Origin: Pseudomonadota bacterium | GTDB lineage: Bacteria > Bdellovibrionota_F > JAHFAK01 > JBDREC01 | Direction: 5' to 3' | DNA length: 64,000 bases | Assembly: GCA_043820105.1 (NCBI GenBank) | Contig: JBDREC010000102.1 | Span: 826-64,825 of the forward strand | Shown here: positions 18,286-28,652 of the stretch, in pieces | How positions within the stretch are numbered: the first letter of the stretch is position 1 | How the letters are laid out: every line of letters begins with the position of its first letter | Program-made: the position numbers and the translations under genes | The notes under the pieces: generated by a model | Seen by the model: the letters and a program-made list of their open reading frames with translations, nothing else | Told to the model about the DNA's origin: nothing | Database searches by the model: none

Positions 18286-19566
18286 GTGCGGACCATGTCT
18301 TTATTAATTAAAAACGCCAAGATTTATAAGTCTGATAAATTTCAAGATATTTATATTGAAAATAATACGTTCAAAGAAATATCGGATAAAATAGATGTTA
18401 AAGCAGACTTTAACATTGATGCTGATGGAAATTTAGTTAGTCCTCCATTTTTGGAATCTCACATTCACCTTGATGCAGTTTTCACATGTGGTGATCCTCG
18501 CTTTAATGAATCTGGCTCCTTAATTGAAGGAATAAATATTTGGAAGGAAAAAAAGCCTTCTTTAACAATTGAAGATATTAAATCAAGAGCAACAAAAGCT
18601 TTAAAGTGGCAACTAGCAAATGGTATTTTGCATGTTAGAACACATGCTGATATTTGTGACCCTGAATTAAAAGCCATTAAAGCATTAACTGAAATCCGTG
18701 ACAAGTGGAAGGACCTCATTAAAATTGAAATAGTTGCATTTCCTCAAGATGGAATTTATGCAAGCCATAATGGTGAAGAACAAATGGAAAAAGCAATGAA
18801 ACTGGGTGCTGACATTGTTGGTGGAATTCCTCATCATGAAATGACTCGAGAAGATGGCATTAAAGACATTGAATTTGCCTTTGAACTGGCCAAAAAATTT
18901 AATAAAAAATTAGATTTTCATGCAGATGAAACAGATGACGAGCAATCACGATTTACTGAAACTATTGCAGCTAATGCTATCAAATATGAAATGTTTGAAA
19001 AAGTTTCGGTTAGCCACGCAACTGCAATGCATTCTTATAATAATGCCTATGCTTTTAAGCTTATGGGTTATTTGAAAAAATCTCGAATAAATTTTATAAC
19101 AAATCCTCTTACAAATATCACTCTTCAAGGCAGGTTTGATTCATATCCAATTCGAAGAGGTTTAACTAGAGTTAAAGAGCTTAATGAAAATGGAATTAAT
19201 GTTTCTGTTGGTTATGATTGTATTTTAGATCCATGGTATCCACTCGGTGATGGAAACATGATAAATGCTCTTTCAATGATGCTTCATGCATGCCTTATGA
19301 CAGGACGTGATGATTTAAAAAATGCTCTTGATTTTATAACATATAATGGTGCAAAGACTTTTAATTTACCTGAAAATAATTATGGAATCGCTGAAGGGAA
19401 ACTTGCAAATATTTTAATCTTTGATAAAAATGATCCTGTCTCAATCTTAAGAAGACCAAGTCTTCCTCTTTACGTTATAAGCAATGGCAAACTCGCTGCT
19501 AAAAATGTTATGGAACTTGGCAAAATTATTATTAATGAAAAAGAAGAAAAAATAGATTTTAAATAA
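18286..19566 (+). CDS. codA: Cytosine deaminase (amidohydrolase family); start GTG 18286 or ATG 18295
   Basis: ESHIHLD, VRTHAD, VAFPQDG, GGIPH, HADETDD, SHATAMHSY, DPWYPLG. Confidence 0.93.
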   Translation: MRTMSLLIKNAKIYKSDKFQDIYIENNTFKEISDKIDVKADFNIDADGNLVSPPFLESHIHLDAVFTCGDPRFNESGSLIEGINIWKEKKPSLTIEDIKSRATKALKWQLANGILHVRTHADICDPELKAIKALTEIRDKWKDLIKIEIVAFPQDGIYASHNGEEQMEKAMKLGADIVGGIPHHEMTREDGIKDIEFAFELAKKFNKKLDFHADETDDEQSRFTETIAANAIKYEMFEKVSVSHATAMHSYNNAYAFKLMGYLKKSRINFITNPLTNITLQGRFDSYPIRRGLTRVKELNENGINVSVGYDCILDPWYPLGDGNMINALSMMLHACLMTGRDDLKNALDFITYNGAKTFNLPENNYGIAEGKLANILIFDKNDPVSILRRPSLPLYVISNGKLAAKNVMELGKIIINEKEEKIDFK

Positions 19567-19569
19567 ATT

Positions 19570-20915
19570 ATGAAAAAGCAAAAATCCTTTTCTATTATTA
19601 GCCTGGGCTGTCCTAAAAACCTGGTTGACTCAGAAGTTATGGTTGGAATAATGATGACTTCAGGTTATATCCTTGATCCAGAGTCCGAAAATGCGGACAT
19701 TGTAATTATAAACACTTGTTCGTTTATTGATAAGGCTGAAAATGAAGCCCGAAATATTATTGATGAATTCTGCGAATCAAAAAGAAACAAACAAATTGAA
19801 AAGCTGATTGTTACTGGATGCTTTCCTCAAAAGTATATTGATAAAATTGAAACAATGTATCCTGATGTTGATCTATTTTGTGGAACATCTAACTTCGAAA
19901 AAATAAGTGAGCTAATTGAAACTCAGAATTCGATTAAAAATATAGATAACGATCCACAATATTTATATGACCACACTACTCCAAGATTAAATACTCTGCC
20001 TCCACATACTGCTTATTTAAAAATATCTGAGGGTTGTTCTAGGAAGTGTAGCTTTTGCATTATCCCACAACTTCGGGGAAAACTTAGATCAAGAACCATT
20101 GATTCAATTTGCACAGAAGCACAAAATTTAGCCAATATTGGAGTTAAAGAACTAAATCTCATTTCCCAAGAAAGCAATCTTTACGGGGCTGACTTAAAAG
20201 ATAAAAATCAAAACCTCCTAGAGTTACTAAAAAAACTCTCTACAATAGACTCTATAGAATGGATTCGCCTCTTTATCTTTATCCTAATCTTAATCTTAAT
20301 CCAGAATTCATAGACTTCATTGGTACAAATGACAAAATTGTAAAATACCTAGACATCCCCTTTCAACACATAAGCGACCCAATTCTCAAGTCAATGAAAC
20401 GTGGTCATGACTCCAAGTTCATAACTGAATTAATTCAAAATCTAAAATCTAAAATCCAAAATCTCTTCCTAAGAACCTCTGTTATCGTCGGCTTCCCTGG
20501 CGAGACAGATGACGACTTTAATAAGCTATATAATTTTATCAAAGAACACGAATTTGACCATCTTGGCGTTTTTGAATACTCAGACGAAAAAATGGCAGCG
20601 TCTTATAATCTTAAAAACAAACTAGATCCCAAAATCATCAACCAAAGATATCACAAGCTAATGTCTTTGCAGCAAGAAATTATTTCAAAGAAAAATATGG
20701 AACTGATAGGAATGCAGTTTCAAGCTGTGGTAGAAGGATTTGACAACAATCAATTCTTTGGTAGAATCTCAGGACAAGCCTTTGAGATAGATGGAATTAC
20801 ATATTTTGAAAATAATAATCTTGCAATTGGTGATTTTATTGATATAAAAATAACAAGTGCAAATATCTATGATTTTTATGCAAAAAAAATTAACTTAGCC
20901 AGGGTAAAACTTTGA
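19570..20915 (+). pseudogene. rimO: Ribosomal protein S12 methylthiotransferase RimO, split by a single-base frameshift near 20272 (real or assembly error)
   Basis: SLGCPKNLVDSE, NTCSFI, GCSRKCSFC in ORF1; YLYP, YLDIPFQH, IVGFPGET and TRAM in ORF2; one extra base restores WIRL(F/L)YLYP. Confidence 0.9.
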
Positions 20916-20988
20916 AAACAAATTATAGTTACTGCAATTCAGGCACTACGGTTGCATCTTCGTCATGCAGCACGGGAACCGAGGGATA

Positions 20989-21766
20989 TTAAAAAATTTG
21001 GTGTGCTTTAGGAATTTCATAAATCGGCTCAAAGGCAATCTTTGCCATTCCAATTTGTTCAAAATAATAACAAAATTCTGAAATTGTCATTTTTATTAAT
21101 AGTTCAGGATGGTGTGGGTCACTAATCAAAATTGGTCTTTCTAGGCTTAGATCAACCACAACAGAATAAATATGAGACTCATATATATGAAAATTTCCAC
21201 CAGAAACGTATAAACCTTGCTCTAGTTCGTACCTAGTATCAGTCCTGGCTATTAATATAGTATTTTGCAGAAAATTACTTTTTCTATCAAGCATTCCTTT
21301 TACTGTATTCCACGCGACTTCTTCACTTCCCTTGTATAACCACTCATTTTGGAAATAAGGGATCTCAACAAAGTCTATTGTTTCTCCGAATGGCCCTAGA
21401 ATTAAACCTAAGTAATTAATTGGATCACCACCTCTTAAAGATTCCCTGGAACTTCGCCTAAAACCATGAAAAATATCTCTTAATTTTCCAGCTGCAATTT
21501 CAATTATTAAATCTTCTAATGAACCATTTATTGGTCTTACCAAATATTGCTTATCAGGCGGCATTTTTTTGTAACTTCTAATCCAAGTTTCAGGCTCTGT
21601 AACAATAATTGTTTTTTCAGGCATTCCTAAGAATGTAACGGCCCAAACACCATCACTTAAAATTTTAACTGTTGCATTAAATATCATTTGGAAAAATATT
21701 AAAAGAAAATAAAAAGATGATTAAAAAAAACTTAAGATTTAAACTTCTGCTATATCTAGAAATCAT
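20989..21766 (-). pseudogene. Calpain-like (peptidase C2) secreted protein remnant; signal peptide is out of frame and the catalytic Cys segment is missing
   Basis: GVWAVTF, LIIEIAAGKL, SLRGG, SHIYSVV, ISDPH, MTISEFCYYF follow calpain motif order; signal peptide from ATG 21766 is in another frame. Confidence 0.5.
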
Positions 21767-21907
21767 GACAACCCCTGCAGGATAAATTAATAAAACAATA
21801 ACTATCCCACGAGATTTATTTCCACATAATATCATCTCGTTAACATTTGTAAGCAAGTTAGCATCTGTTTTGCATAAGGAAAACATTATGTAACAAACAG
21901 CACATTG

Positions 21908-21947
21908 TGACATTGTCATTGACAATGTCATTTGCTTTTGATACAAT
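21908..21947 (+). promoter_or_regulatory. Sigma70 promoter with an overlapping palindromic operator for the TA operon
   Basis: TTGACA (21919-24), 17 nt, TACAAT (21942-47); inverted repeat TGACATTGTCA-T-TGACAATGTCA (21908-30). Confidence 0.75.
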
Positions 21948-21959
21948 TAGGAGGAACTC

Positions 21960-22236
21960 TTGTGGGAAATTAAAATATGCCCTAAATGTAAAAAACTATT
22001 TAGAAATTTACCCAATAAAATTCAGATAACTGCATCGGTTTTGATAAAAGATATGAAATACAGTGGTCCTGTTAAAGGGAAACTGGAGTAACTTTGGGAA
22101 ACTTAATAAAAACAAATATCATTGCCACTTAAAAAAAGGGAAGCCAACTTATGTATTGTGTTGGCGTGTTTTATGTAAACAGAAAAAAATAATTGAGGTA
22201 TATTATGTCGGAACTCATGAAAAAGCCCCATATTAG
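21960..22236 (+). pseudogene. RelE/HigB-like toxin with a +1 frameshift near 22080 (not in the ORF track)
   Basis: AGGAGG then TTG; MWEIKI...GPVKG / NWSNFGKL..YHCHLKKGKPTYVLCW...IEVYYVGTHEKAPY*; removing one A from GGGAAAC joins the frames. Confidence 0.8.
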
Positions 22237-22576
22237 TATAAAAATTAATGATGAAAATTATATCTTAGCCGTATCAAAGCTTCGCTCATTTTTGATTATC
22301 ATTGAAGCCCTTGGAGCTTATAAACAAACAGAAAAATCTATTGATTCTGAATTGTTATTAAAAGAATTATATGGTGATAAGCCTAAAGGAGCAACCCACC
22401 TCAAGGGAGCCCGCTACAAAGAAGGCTTATCTCAAGCGGAGCTTTCAAAAAAAACTGGAATTCAAGTGTACAATATTTCTAAAATGGAAAATGGCAAAAG
22501 GGCTATTGGTGAAAAGCTTGCTAAAAAGCTTGGAAAGGTTTTGCAGGTTTCTTATAAGGTTTTCTTGGAGAAATAA
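22205..22576 (+). CDS. XRE-family HTH antitoxin (HigA-like)
   Basis: LKGARYKEGLSQAELSKKTGIQVYNISKMENGKRAIG; overlaps the 3' end of the toxin. Confidence 0.88.
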   Translation: MSELMKKPHISIKINDENYILAVSKLRSFLIIIEALGAYKQTEKSIDSELLLKELYGDKPKGATHLKGARYKEGLSQAELSKKTGIQVYNISKMENGKRAIGEKLAKKLGKVLQVSYKVFLEK

Positions 22577-22579
22577 ATA

Positions 22580-23653
22580 TTATCTATCATAATTCTTAAT
22601 AGTTTCCTCAAAAGTATCAGGATTCACGCAATAAGCCAGAGCATTTTTATGTGAGATTAATTTTTTTCGGTAAAGAGCAGCTAGATATGTATCCATTGAA
22701 ATCATGCCGGCCTTTCTGCCTGTTTGTATACTGCTCATGATCTGATGAGTTTTTGCATCTCTTATATAATTTTTTATGGCTGAATTACAGAGCATGATTT
22801 CTAAAGCAGCGACACGGCCTCCCTTTTCAGAATCTCTTCTTACAAGCTGTTGCGAAATTACACCTTCTAAAACTGTTGAGAGTTGAATTCTTATTTGTTG
22901 TTGTTGGGCAACAGGAAAAACATCTATGATTCTATTAATTGTGTGTACAGCTCCTATAGTGTGAAGGGTACTTAAAACCAAGTGACCCGTCTCGGCTGCT
23001 GTTACAGCCGTTGAAATTGTTTCCAGGTCCCTCATTTCGCCAATTAAAATAACATCAGGATCTTGTCTTAAGGCAGCCCTTAATGCTTTCCCATAAGACT
23101 TGGTATCATGTCCTATTTCTCTTTGATTAACAACGCTCATGCCATGTTCGTGCAGATATTCTATTGGATCTTCTAAAGTTATAATGTGCGCATTTCTGTT
23201 TTTATTAATGTGTTTTATCATCGCAGCTAATGTTGTTGATTTACCTGAGCCTGTTTGGCCTGTAACCAAAACAAGCCCCCTTGGTCTTAAAGCTAATTTT
23301 TTCAAGGACTGAGGAAGACCAAGGTCATCAATAGTCGGAACACCAGGAGCAACAAACCTTAAAGCGATTCCTATGCTTCCTCTTTGCCTGTACACATTAA
23401 TTCTAAATCTTCCTGCTGATTCAATAGAGTGAGAAAAATCAACTTCTCCATCTTTTTCAAATATCTTTTTATGTTGTTCATCAAACAGTTCATATGCCAA
23501 TGCTTCAGTTTCACTGGAAATTAGCGATTCATACTGCCCCATTCTTTTTAAATTTCCGTCTATTCTTAAAATTGGAGGAACACCAACTGTAAGATGAATA
23601 TCTGAAGCTTCTCTTTCAATGCAAAAATCAAGGAGTTCTTTTATGTTAAGCAT
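22580..23653 (-). CDS. pilT: Type IV pilus retraction ATPase PilT
   Basis: ASDIHL, GQTGSGKSTT, TLEDPIE, ALRQDPDVILIGEMRD, AETGHLV.STLHT. Confidence 0.95.
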   Translation of the reverse strand: MLNIKELLDFCIEREASDIHLTVGVPPILRIDGNLKRMGQYESLISSETEALAYELFDEQHKKIFEKDGEVDFSHSIESAGRFRINVYRQRGSIGIALRFVAPGVPTIDDLGLPQSLKKLALRPRGLVLVTGQTGSGKSTTLAAMIKHINKNRNAHIITLEDPIEYLHEHGMSVVNQREIGHDTKSYGKALRAALRQDPDVILIGEMRDLETISTAVTAAETGHLVLSTLHTIGAVHTINRIIDVFPVAQQQQIRIQLSTVLEGVISQQLVRRDSEKGGRVAALEIMLCNSAIKNYIRDAKTHQIMSSIQTGRKAGMISMDTYLAALYRKKLISHKNALAYCVNPDTFEETIKNYDR

Positions 23654-23889
23654 ACAATGTCCCTACTAAGTAAATATATTGAAATTAATTTTAATCTTTC
23701 GATAAATTATTTACAATCATTATTTTTACAATAATTTCACATGCACCTATTTGAACGGTGAATACTCCAGACACAACTACCTTCTTATTTCAATTCCAGG
23801 TATTTTTGAACCATTATTTAACAAAATACTTTCATTTCTCAACACTTTAAGCACCCAATTTTATTCACATTACTTCTTTATAATTCCGA

Positions 23890-23905
23890 TGGCATGCTCT
23901 TTGCA
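23890..23905 (+). promoter_or_regulatory. Sigma54 -24/-12 promoter
   Basis: TGGCATGCTCTTTGCA, GG-N10-GC, about 70 nt upstream of the gene at 23974. Confidence 0.65.
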
Positions 23906-23973
23906 AAATATTTTAGCAAGAGACACTAAAAAAATTAACAATTCTTTAAAACCGATTTCAAGAGGGGGCGAAA

Positions 23974-24885
23974 ATGAAAGTATCTAGAATTTTAATCTTA
24001 GTTTTAACAATTTTATTCTTAAGCGCTCAATTATTATTCTCAATAAGTATTTGTGAACATAAACTAGGCAAAAGTAGTTTAATCCAGGGAATGGTTAACT
24101 TCTCTGATGCTGAAAAGTTTTTTGCAGGAGATACTTATTTTGGGAATCCAAGTGAAGATATAGAGTGTTACAAACATCCAAAGGTAAACAGGTTAATAAG
24201 CACTTACATGCATGATTTGCATGATGCTGCAAGGTATGCACACAAACACTATTGTGCTTTAGGCAAAGAAAGCTCTTCATTATGTGCTGATGCTAGCAAA
24301 AAGCTTGCAAAGGCCAAAAGATTCGTTAGGGCAATCGAGGATCCAAGGCTTTATAATCAAGAAACTCCAGGTGAATGTAAGGCTATTGCAAAAAAAGCTT
24401 TTGAAACAACAGATAACAATTTTGAATTTAATTCACCTGAAGCACAAAATGATGCTGTAATAGCAACAAATATTAGATCCTTTTTTCAAGATCCTAAAAC
24501 AGAGGAAATGAAAAAAGTAAATCCAGAGTGTTTTGCTGAACACGCAAAACAAATTAAAAAAGCAATTGATTACTTTAATGAAACATATTTAGGTGAAGGA
24601 ATTTTCAATCAGACAGAAGGCATTGCAAAACAAGAATGTGACACATATGGTGAATCTTCAAGAAGATGTATCCACGTTAAAGCTTTAGCAAGTCAATTCG
24701 AGCTTTTTGATAGAATGCTTACAGACTATAGTCAATTTGATTTTATGGCTTCTCTTGCGCATATACAAAACAATAAAGACCAAAGGCTTAGCTCGCTAGA
24801 TATTGGCAAAGCTAACTGTAATACTTGTCCACGTTCAGTAAGTGAGGATTTTAAGGGTAGTTTGAAAAGTGATCTTAGTTTATAG
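23974..24885 (+). CDS. Secreted Cys-rich hypothetical protein
   Basis: Signal peptide; many Cys including internally similar HYC..LGKESSSLC and QECDTYGESSRRC; C-terminal CNTC. Confidence 0.75.
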   Translation: MKVSRILILVLTILFLSAQLLFSISICEHKLGKSSLIQGMVNFSDAEKFFAGDTYFGNPSEDIECYKHPKVNRLISTYMHDLHDAARYAHKHYCALGKESSSLCADASKKLAKAKRFVRAIEDPRLYNQETPGECKAIAKKAFETTDNNFEFNSPEAQNDAVIATNIRSFFQDPKTEEMKKVNPECFAEHAKQIKKAIDYFNETYLGEGIFNQTEGIAKQECDTYGESSRRCIHVKALASQFELFDRMLTDYSQFDFMASLAHIQNNKDQRLSSLDIGKANCNTCPRSVSEDFKGSLKSDLSL

Positions 24886-25160
24886 CTTAAAAACGAATGT
24901 CACCATGCAAATTAATCTCGGTATAGGCCAAAAGACTATTTTAGATACAACATGGAATTTAGTCAGCTTTTCAGATCATTATCCATATCAAGGGGCTTCC
25001 CTGGAAAATCTTGGTGAATTATATTTAATATATTAATTAGCGCAAGCGTCTAGATCTTGATATCCATTTTAACCTTCTGCTTCCTCTAGATAAATAATTG
25101 TTTTCTTGCCAGATTAAAAGAAAAACATTATATCAATTTTTACTGTAAAACTATTATCAA

Positions 25161-25931
25161 ATGAGGATTAAAATGATTAAATCTAGTAACCCGGCTTTAA
25201 GTAAAAATATTTTCACAAAGGCTAAAGATCTTGCCTCACTAAACGCAGAACCTATGACAATAATGGGTACAGTTAATAAAACAGGTATTTTATTAGTATT
25301 GGTATTTGCCTCAGCCATGGTCAGTTGGTATATGTTTATGAATGCTGTTGCTGCAAACCAAGCTCCACCCATGGTTTTTATTTGGGTAGGTATGATTGGT
25401 GGACTTGTCTTGGCCATGATTACTATTTTTAAAAAAACGGTTGCCCATATAACTGCGCCCCTTTATGCTCTTTTTGAAGGCCTTTTTCTTGGATCTTTAT
25501 CTGCCATATTTGAGCTTCAATTTCCTGGGATTGTAACACAAGCTATTATGGGAACTTTTTGTGTATTCTTTGCAATGCTATTTATTTATCGCTATCGTAT
25601 AATCAAACCAACTGAAAATTTTAAACTCGGCCTCGCTGCAGCGACTTCAGGTATCTTTCTAATTTACTTACTAACTATGATTCTTGGTTTTTTTGGTGTC
25701 AACATTCCCTTTATCCATGAAAGTGGCTTGATAGGAATTGGATTCAGTCTGTTTGTCGTTGTTATTGCTTCCTTAAATTTGGTTATGGATTTTGATTTTA
25801 TAGAACAAGGTGAAGCTGAAAAAGCTCCAAAATTCATGGAATGGTATGGGGCCTTTGGTCTTTTAGTTACATTGATCTGGCTCTATATCGAAATTCTACG
25901 TCTTCTATCTAAACTTCGCAGTCGTAATTAA
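25161..25931 (+). CDS. Bax inhibitor-1/YccA-family membrane protein
   Basis: SSNPAL, MTIMGTVNKT, APLYALFEG, LNLVMDFDFIE, EWYGAFGLLVTLIWLYIEILRLL. Confidence 0.92.
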   Translation: MRIKMIKSSNPALSKNIFTKAKDLASLNAEPMTIMGTVNKTGILLVLVFASAMVSWYMFMNAVAANQAPPMVFIWVGMIGGLVLAMITIFKKTVAHITAPLYALFEGLFLGSLSAIFELQFPGIVTQAIMGTFCVFFAMLFIYRYRIIKPTENFKLGLAAATSGIFLIYLLTMILGFFGVNIPFIHESGLIGIGFSLFVVVIASLNLVMDFDFIEQGEAEKAPKFMEWYGAFGLLVTLIWLYIEILRLLSKLRSRN

Positions 25932-25976
25932 TTGGCTTGCATCAATAATTTTTCAAAAACTCTTTTATACCGTTTT

Positions 25977-27215
25977 TCAAACCAAGAATGGCAAGATAGA
26001 ATCAGCTGAAGCAAATAATATTTCAATATCATCAATTTTTTTATAATCCCAAACATCCTCTTCTAAAACTAATTGGATATAGTGTTTACAATTTACCTTT
26101 TTTATAAAAGCCAAATTATTATTATCTAATTCATGCTTTTTTAATTTTGCTTCAATAGCAAGCCATGGCAATTTGTCATTTGTGATTAGAAAATCTATTT
26201 CTCTTTTTTCTTTATCTCTTAAATAATGAAGATCAAAACTTCCTTTTCCTGTATCATTCCAAAAGTGAACAGATTTTAACAGATGTGAAGCTAGCATGTT
26301 TTCATACAAGGCACCTTTTTCTTTAAGCTCGGACCAATCCCAAAGATATATTTTTTCTTCCTTTTTCAGAGACCTTGAAATAGACTTATAATAAGGTTTT
26401 AATTCAAAAATAAAATATAGTTCTTTAAGATAATTTAGCCACCTTGAACATGTTTCATGCGCTACTTCTAGATCTTCTCTTAATGACTGAATGCTCATAG
26501 GGTTAGATACTTTGGCTGGCAGCAAGGTCATGAGCATTTCAACTTTGCTTAACTCAGAAATTCTACTTAGATCTCTTAAATCTTCTCTAACAATTTTTTC
26601 ATGTCTGCCTGATCTCCAAATTCTTGCTATTTCTTCAGATCCTTCTAAAAATGGTTCAGGAAAACCACCTAAATTCATTAAATCAATTATAGTTTTAAAA
26701 TATTTTTTGCTTTGATTTTGTGTTGGTATTTTTTCTTTGAAAATTTGCTTTATAATTTCATTTGGTTTTAGCTTTACTGTTTTATGTAATTCTCCAACAG
26801 TAAAAGGGTGCAGCCTGAAATTTAAATATCTCCCCATCAAACTATCGCCACCTTTTTTATAAACATTCAACCTTGCACTTCCAGTGACAATGATTTTGCA
26901 TGGAGATTTTGTGTCAAACAAACCTTTTAGCCTGTTTTTCCATGTTCTTTCTTTGTGAATTTCGTCTAACACAACTATAGATTTATTAATATTTTTTGAA
27001 TCTATGTTATCATAAATTAGTTTAGGATTTTTTGTCCAGATTCTTCTAAAATCAATATCATCCCAATTATTATAAGACCCTAACTTGTTTTCATTTAATA
27101 TCATTTTGGACAACACGGTCTTACCGCATTGTCTTGGTCCACTAATAAAAGCCATTTTATAGCGCTCAAGGGCTAATTTATTTATAAAATCTTTTAAATA
27201 TCTTTGCTTGTACAT
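25977..27215 (-). CDS. AAA+ ATPase (AAA_14 with a DUF4143-type C-terminus)
   Basis: GPRQCGKT, VLDEIH, VTGSA, GGFPEP, YLRDKEKREIDF, IEAK. Confidence 0.9.
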   Translation of the reverse strand: MYKQRYLKDFINKLALERYKMAFISGPRQCGKTVLSKMILNENKLGSYNNWDDIDFRRIWTKNPKLIYDNIDSKNINKSIVVLDEIHKERTWKNRLKGLFDTKSPCKIIVTGSARLNVYKKGGDSLMGRYLNFRLHPFTVGELHKTVKLKPNEIIKQIFKEKIPTQNQSKKYFKTIIDLMNLGGFPEPFLEGSEEIARIWRSGRHEKIVREDLRDLSRISELSKVEMLMTLLPAKVSNPMSIQSLREDLEVAHETCSRWLNYLKELYFIFELKPYYKSISRSLKKEEKIYLWDWSELKEKGALYENMLASHLLKSVHFWNDTGKGSFDLHYLRDKEKREIDFLITNDKLPWLAIEAKLKKHELDNNNLAFIKKVNCKHYIQLVLEEDVWDYKKIDDIEILFASADSILPFLV

Positions 27216-27298
27216 AATGACTATTATCCTTCATGTGTCTAAAAAAGTCAATGACTATTTTAGATACCATGTTAAGTTTGGTCAATCTTCGGAATTGG

Positions 27299-28507
27299 CT
27301 AAAATCTTCTACCAAGATACTTCAACCAATTCAAATTAGAAATCAGCCACTGATTTTCAGTTGGAATTGTTACATACTCTGTCCAACCTGTGCCTTCTGC
27401 ATTGAAATCGTCATTTGTTTCCCAAAAAATAAATTTGACATTTGAACGATTGTACATTGGATCATCTGCAAGCAAACTTTGAAATTGGGTTCTTATTTCA
27501 AAACCCAAATCTTTGCTTATTAATTTTAAATTATGAGGAAAGGCGACATTTAAAAAGGAATCAGTTTCCTTTTCCCATGGCTTTTCTTCTGGAATTATTT
27601 CAATATCCAGGTCTACATATGGTTTATATTCACCCTTTTTAGTATAATAGGCAAAATTCAAAATTCCATTATATTCATCCTGTGGAATCACATTTGCATA
27701 CATTACACTTACATCTTCTGCAAAAAGCCTGCCCCAGTGCCATTCGTGATAAGTGGCTATAAAATGATCGGTGTTCCAGGGATGATCATGATAGCCTTCT
27801 CCTGGTTCACTTTCATAAATATCAGTATGTTCATAAGTGTAAGCTGGATTACAGCCTGATCCTTCTGCTTCTTTTTTATAAACCACCCATCCCCAGCCTT
27901 TCATTCTTGGCGCTGCGAAGTTAGCACAACTTTTTAGCTCAGGATTTTCTTTGTGGTGAAAATAGCAGCCATCATCATTTACATAAAAGCCTTGATGGAT
28001 TGGTTTGAAATTGAGCTTTCCAGAAATGCCAGCCACATCAAAGCTTAATTGATATTCGTCAATTAATTCAGGATCACTGGACTTTGCTAGCATGCTAAAC
28101 TCATTTTTTTCATCCATATAAAATCTTGTTAAAGCTCTATCCTGAACAAGCTTATTATCTGTTGAAACCGGTTCATAAGTTTTAATAATCATCTCTCTAG
28201 TTTCCCGAACTTTTTTTACAACTTCCCCATTTTTTTCATATTCAATGTGTATGTAAGAACTTGCATCTTTATAAACCAAAGGATTTTGCCTGACATAAAT
28301 TACAACAAGAGAAAAATCCTCTTTTTGAATATCAAAATACCACCACTCTGTTGCACCTTTATATTTTTCTAGATCTTCTTCTGATAATTGTGGCAAATCA
28401 TCATTGTAATATGAAAGATGCCAGCCTTGATCCTTTGCATAAATATTAAAAGAAAATAAAATAAGAATAGTTAAAATGAAAAATACTGAACAATTTTTTT
28501 TAGTCAT
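27299..28507 (-). CDS. Secreted CrtC/AttH-like (lipocalin-fold) protein
   Basis: Signal peptide; EWWYFD, GEGYHDHPW, WHWGR motifs. Confidence 0.6.
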   Translation of the reverse strand: MTKKNCSVFFILTILILFSFNIYAKDQGWHLSYYNDDLPQLSEEDLEKYKGATEWWYFDIQKEDFSLVVIYVRQNPLVYKDASSYIHIEYEKNGEVVKKVRETREMIIKTYEPVSTDNKLVQDRALTRFYMDEKNEFSMLAKSSDPELIDEYQLSFDVAGISGKLNFKPIHQGFYVNDDGCYFHHKENPELKSCANFAAPRMKGWGWVVYKKEAEGSGCNPAYTYEHTDIYESEPGEGYHDHPWNTDHFIATYHEWHWGRLFAEDVSVMYANVIPQDEYNGILNFAYYTKKGEYKPYVDLDIEIIPEEKPWEKETDSFLNVAFPHNLKLISKDLGFEIRTQFQSLLADDPMYNRSNVKFIFWETNDDFNAEGTGWTEYVTIPTENQWLISNLNWLKYLGRRF

Positions 28508-28652
28508 AGCATGTTACCTTTAAGAAAACTTAGTAAAAAGATCTCTTTTTCATAACATGCTGCTTTTTCCATAGCACATGGCGTGCATCGCGTCAAGAAA
28601 ATGCTAAAAAACTAAAAACCGCTACTAAAGTGCAACCACTAACTCCAGTCAA

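Noticed and set aside
20941-20956. AGGCACTACGGTTGCA sigma54-like motif
   Set aside because: Points antisense into a convergent gene with no downstream target; the short resemblance to 39820-39848 is too weak to call a repeat family
21767-21946. QCAVCY as the missing calpain catalytic Cys
   Set aside because: Poor match to QxxxGDC, lies upstream of the signal peptide and overlaps the TA operator palindrome
24905-25036. 43-aa ORF containing SDHYP (EEP-nuclease-like motif)
   Set aside because: One short motif, no RBS; not enough support beyond a possible remnant
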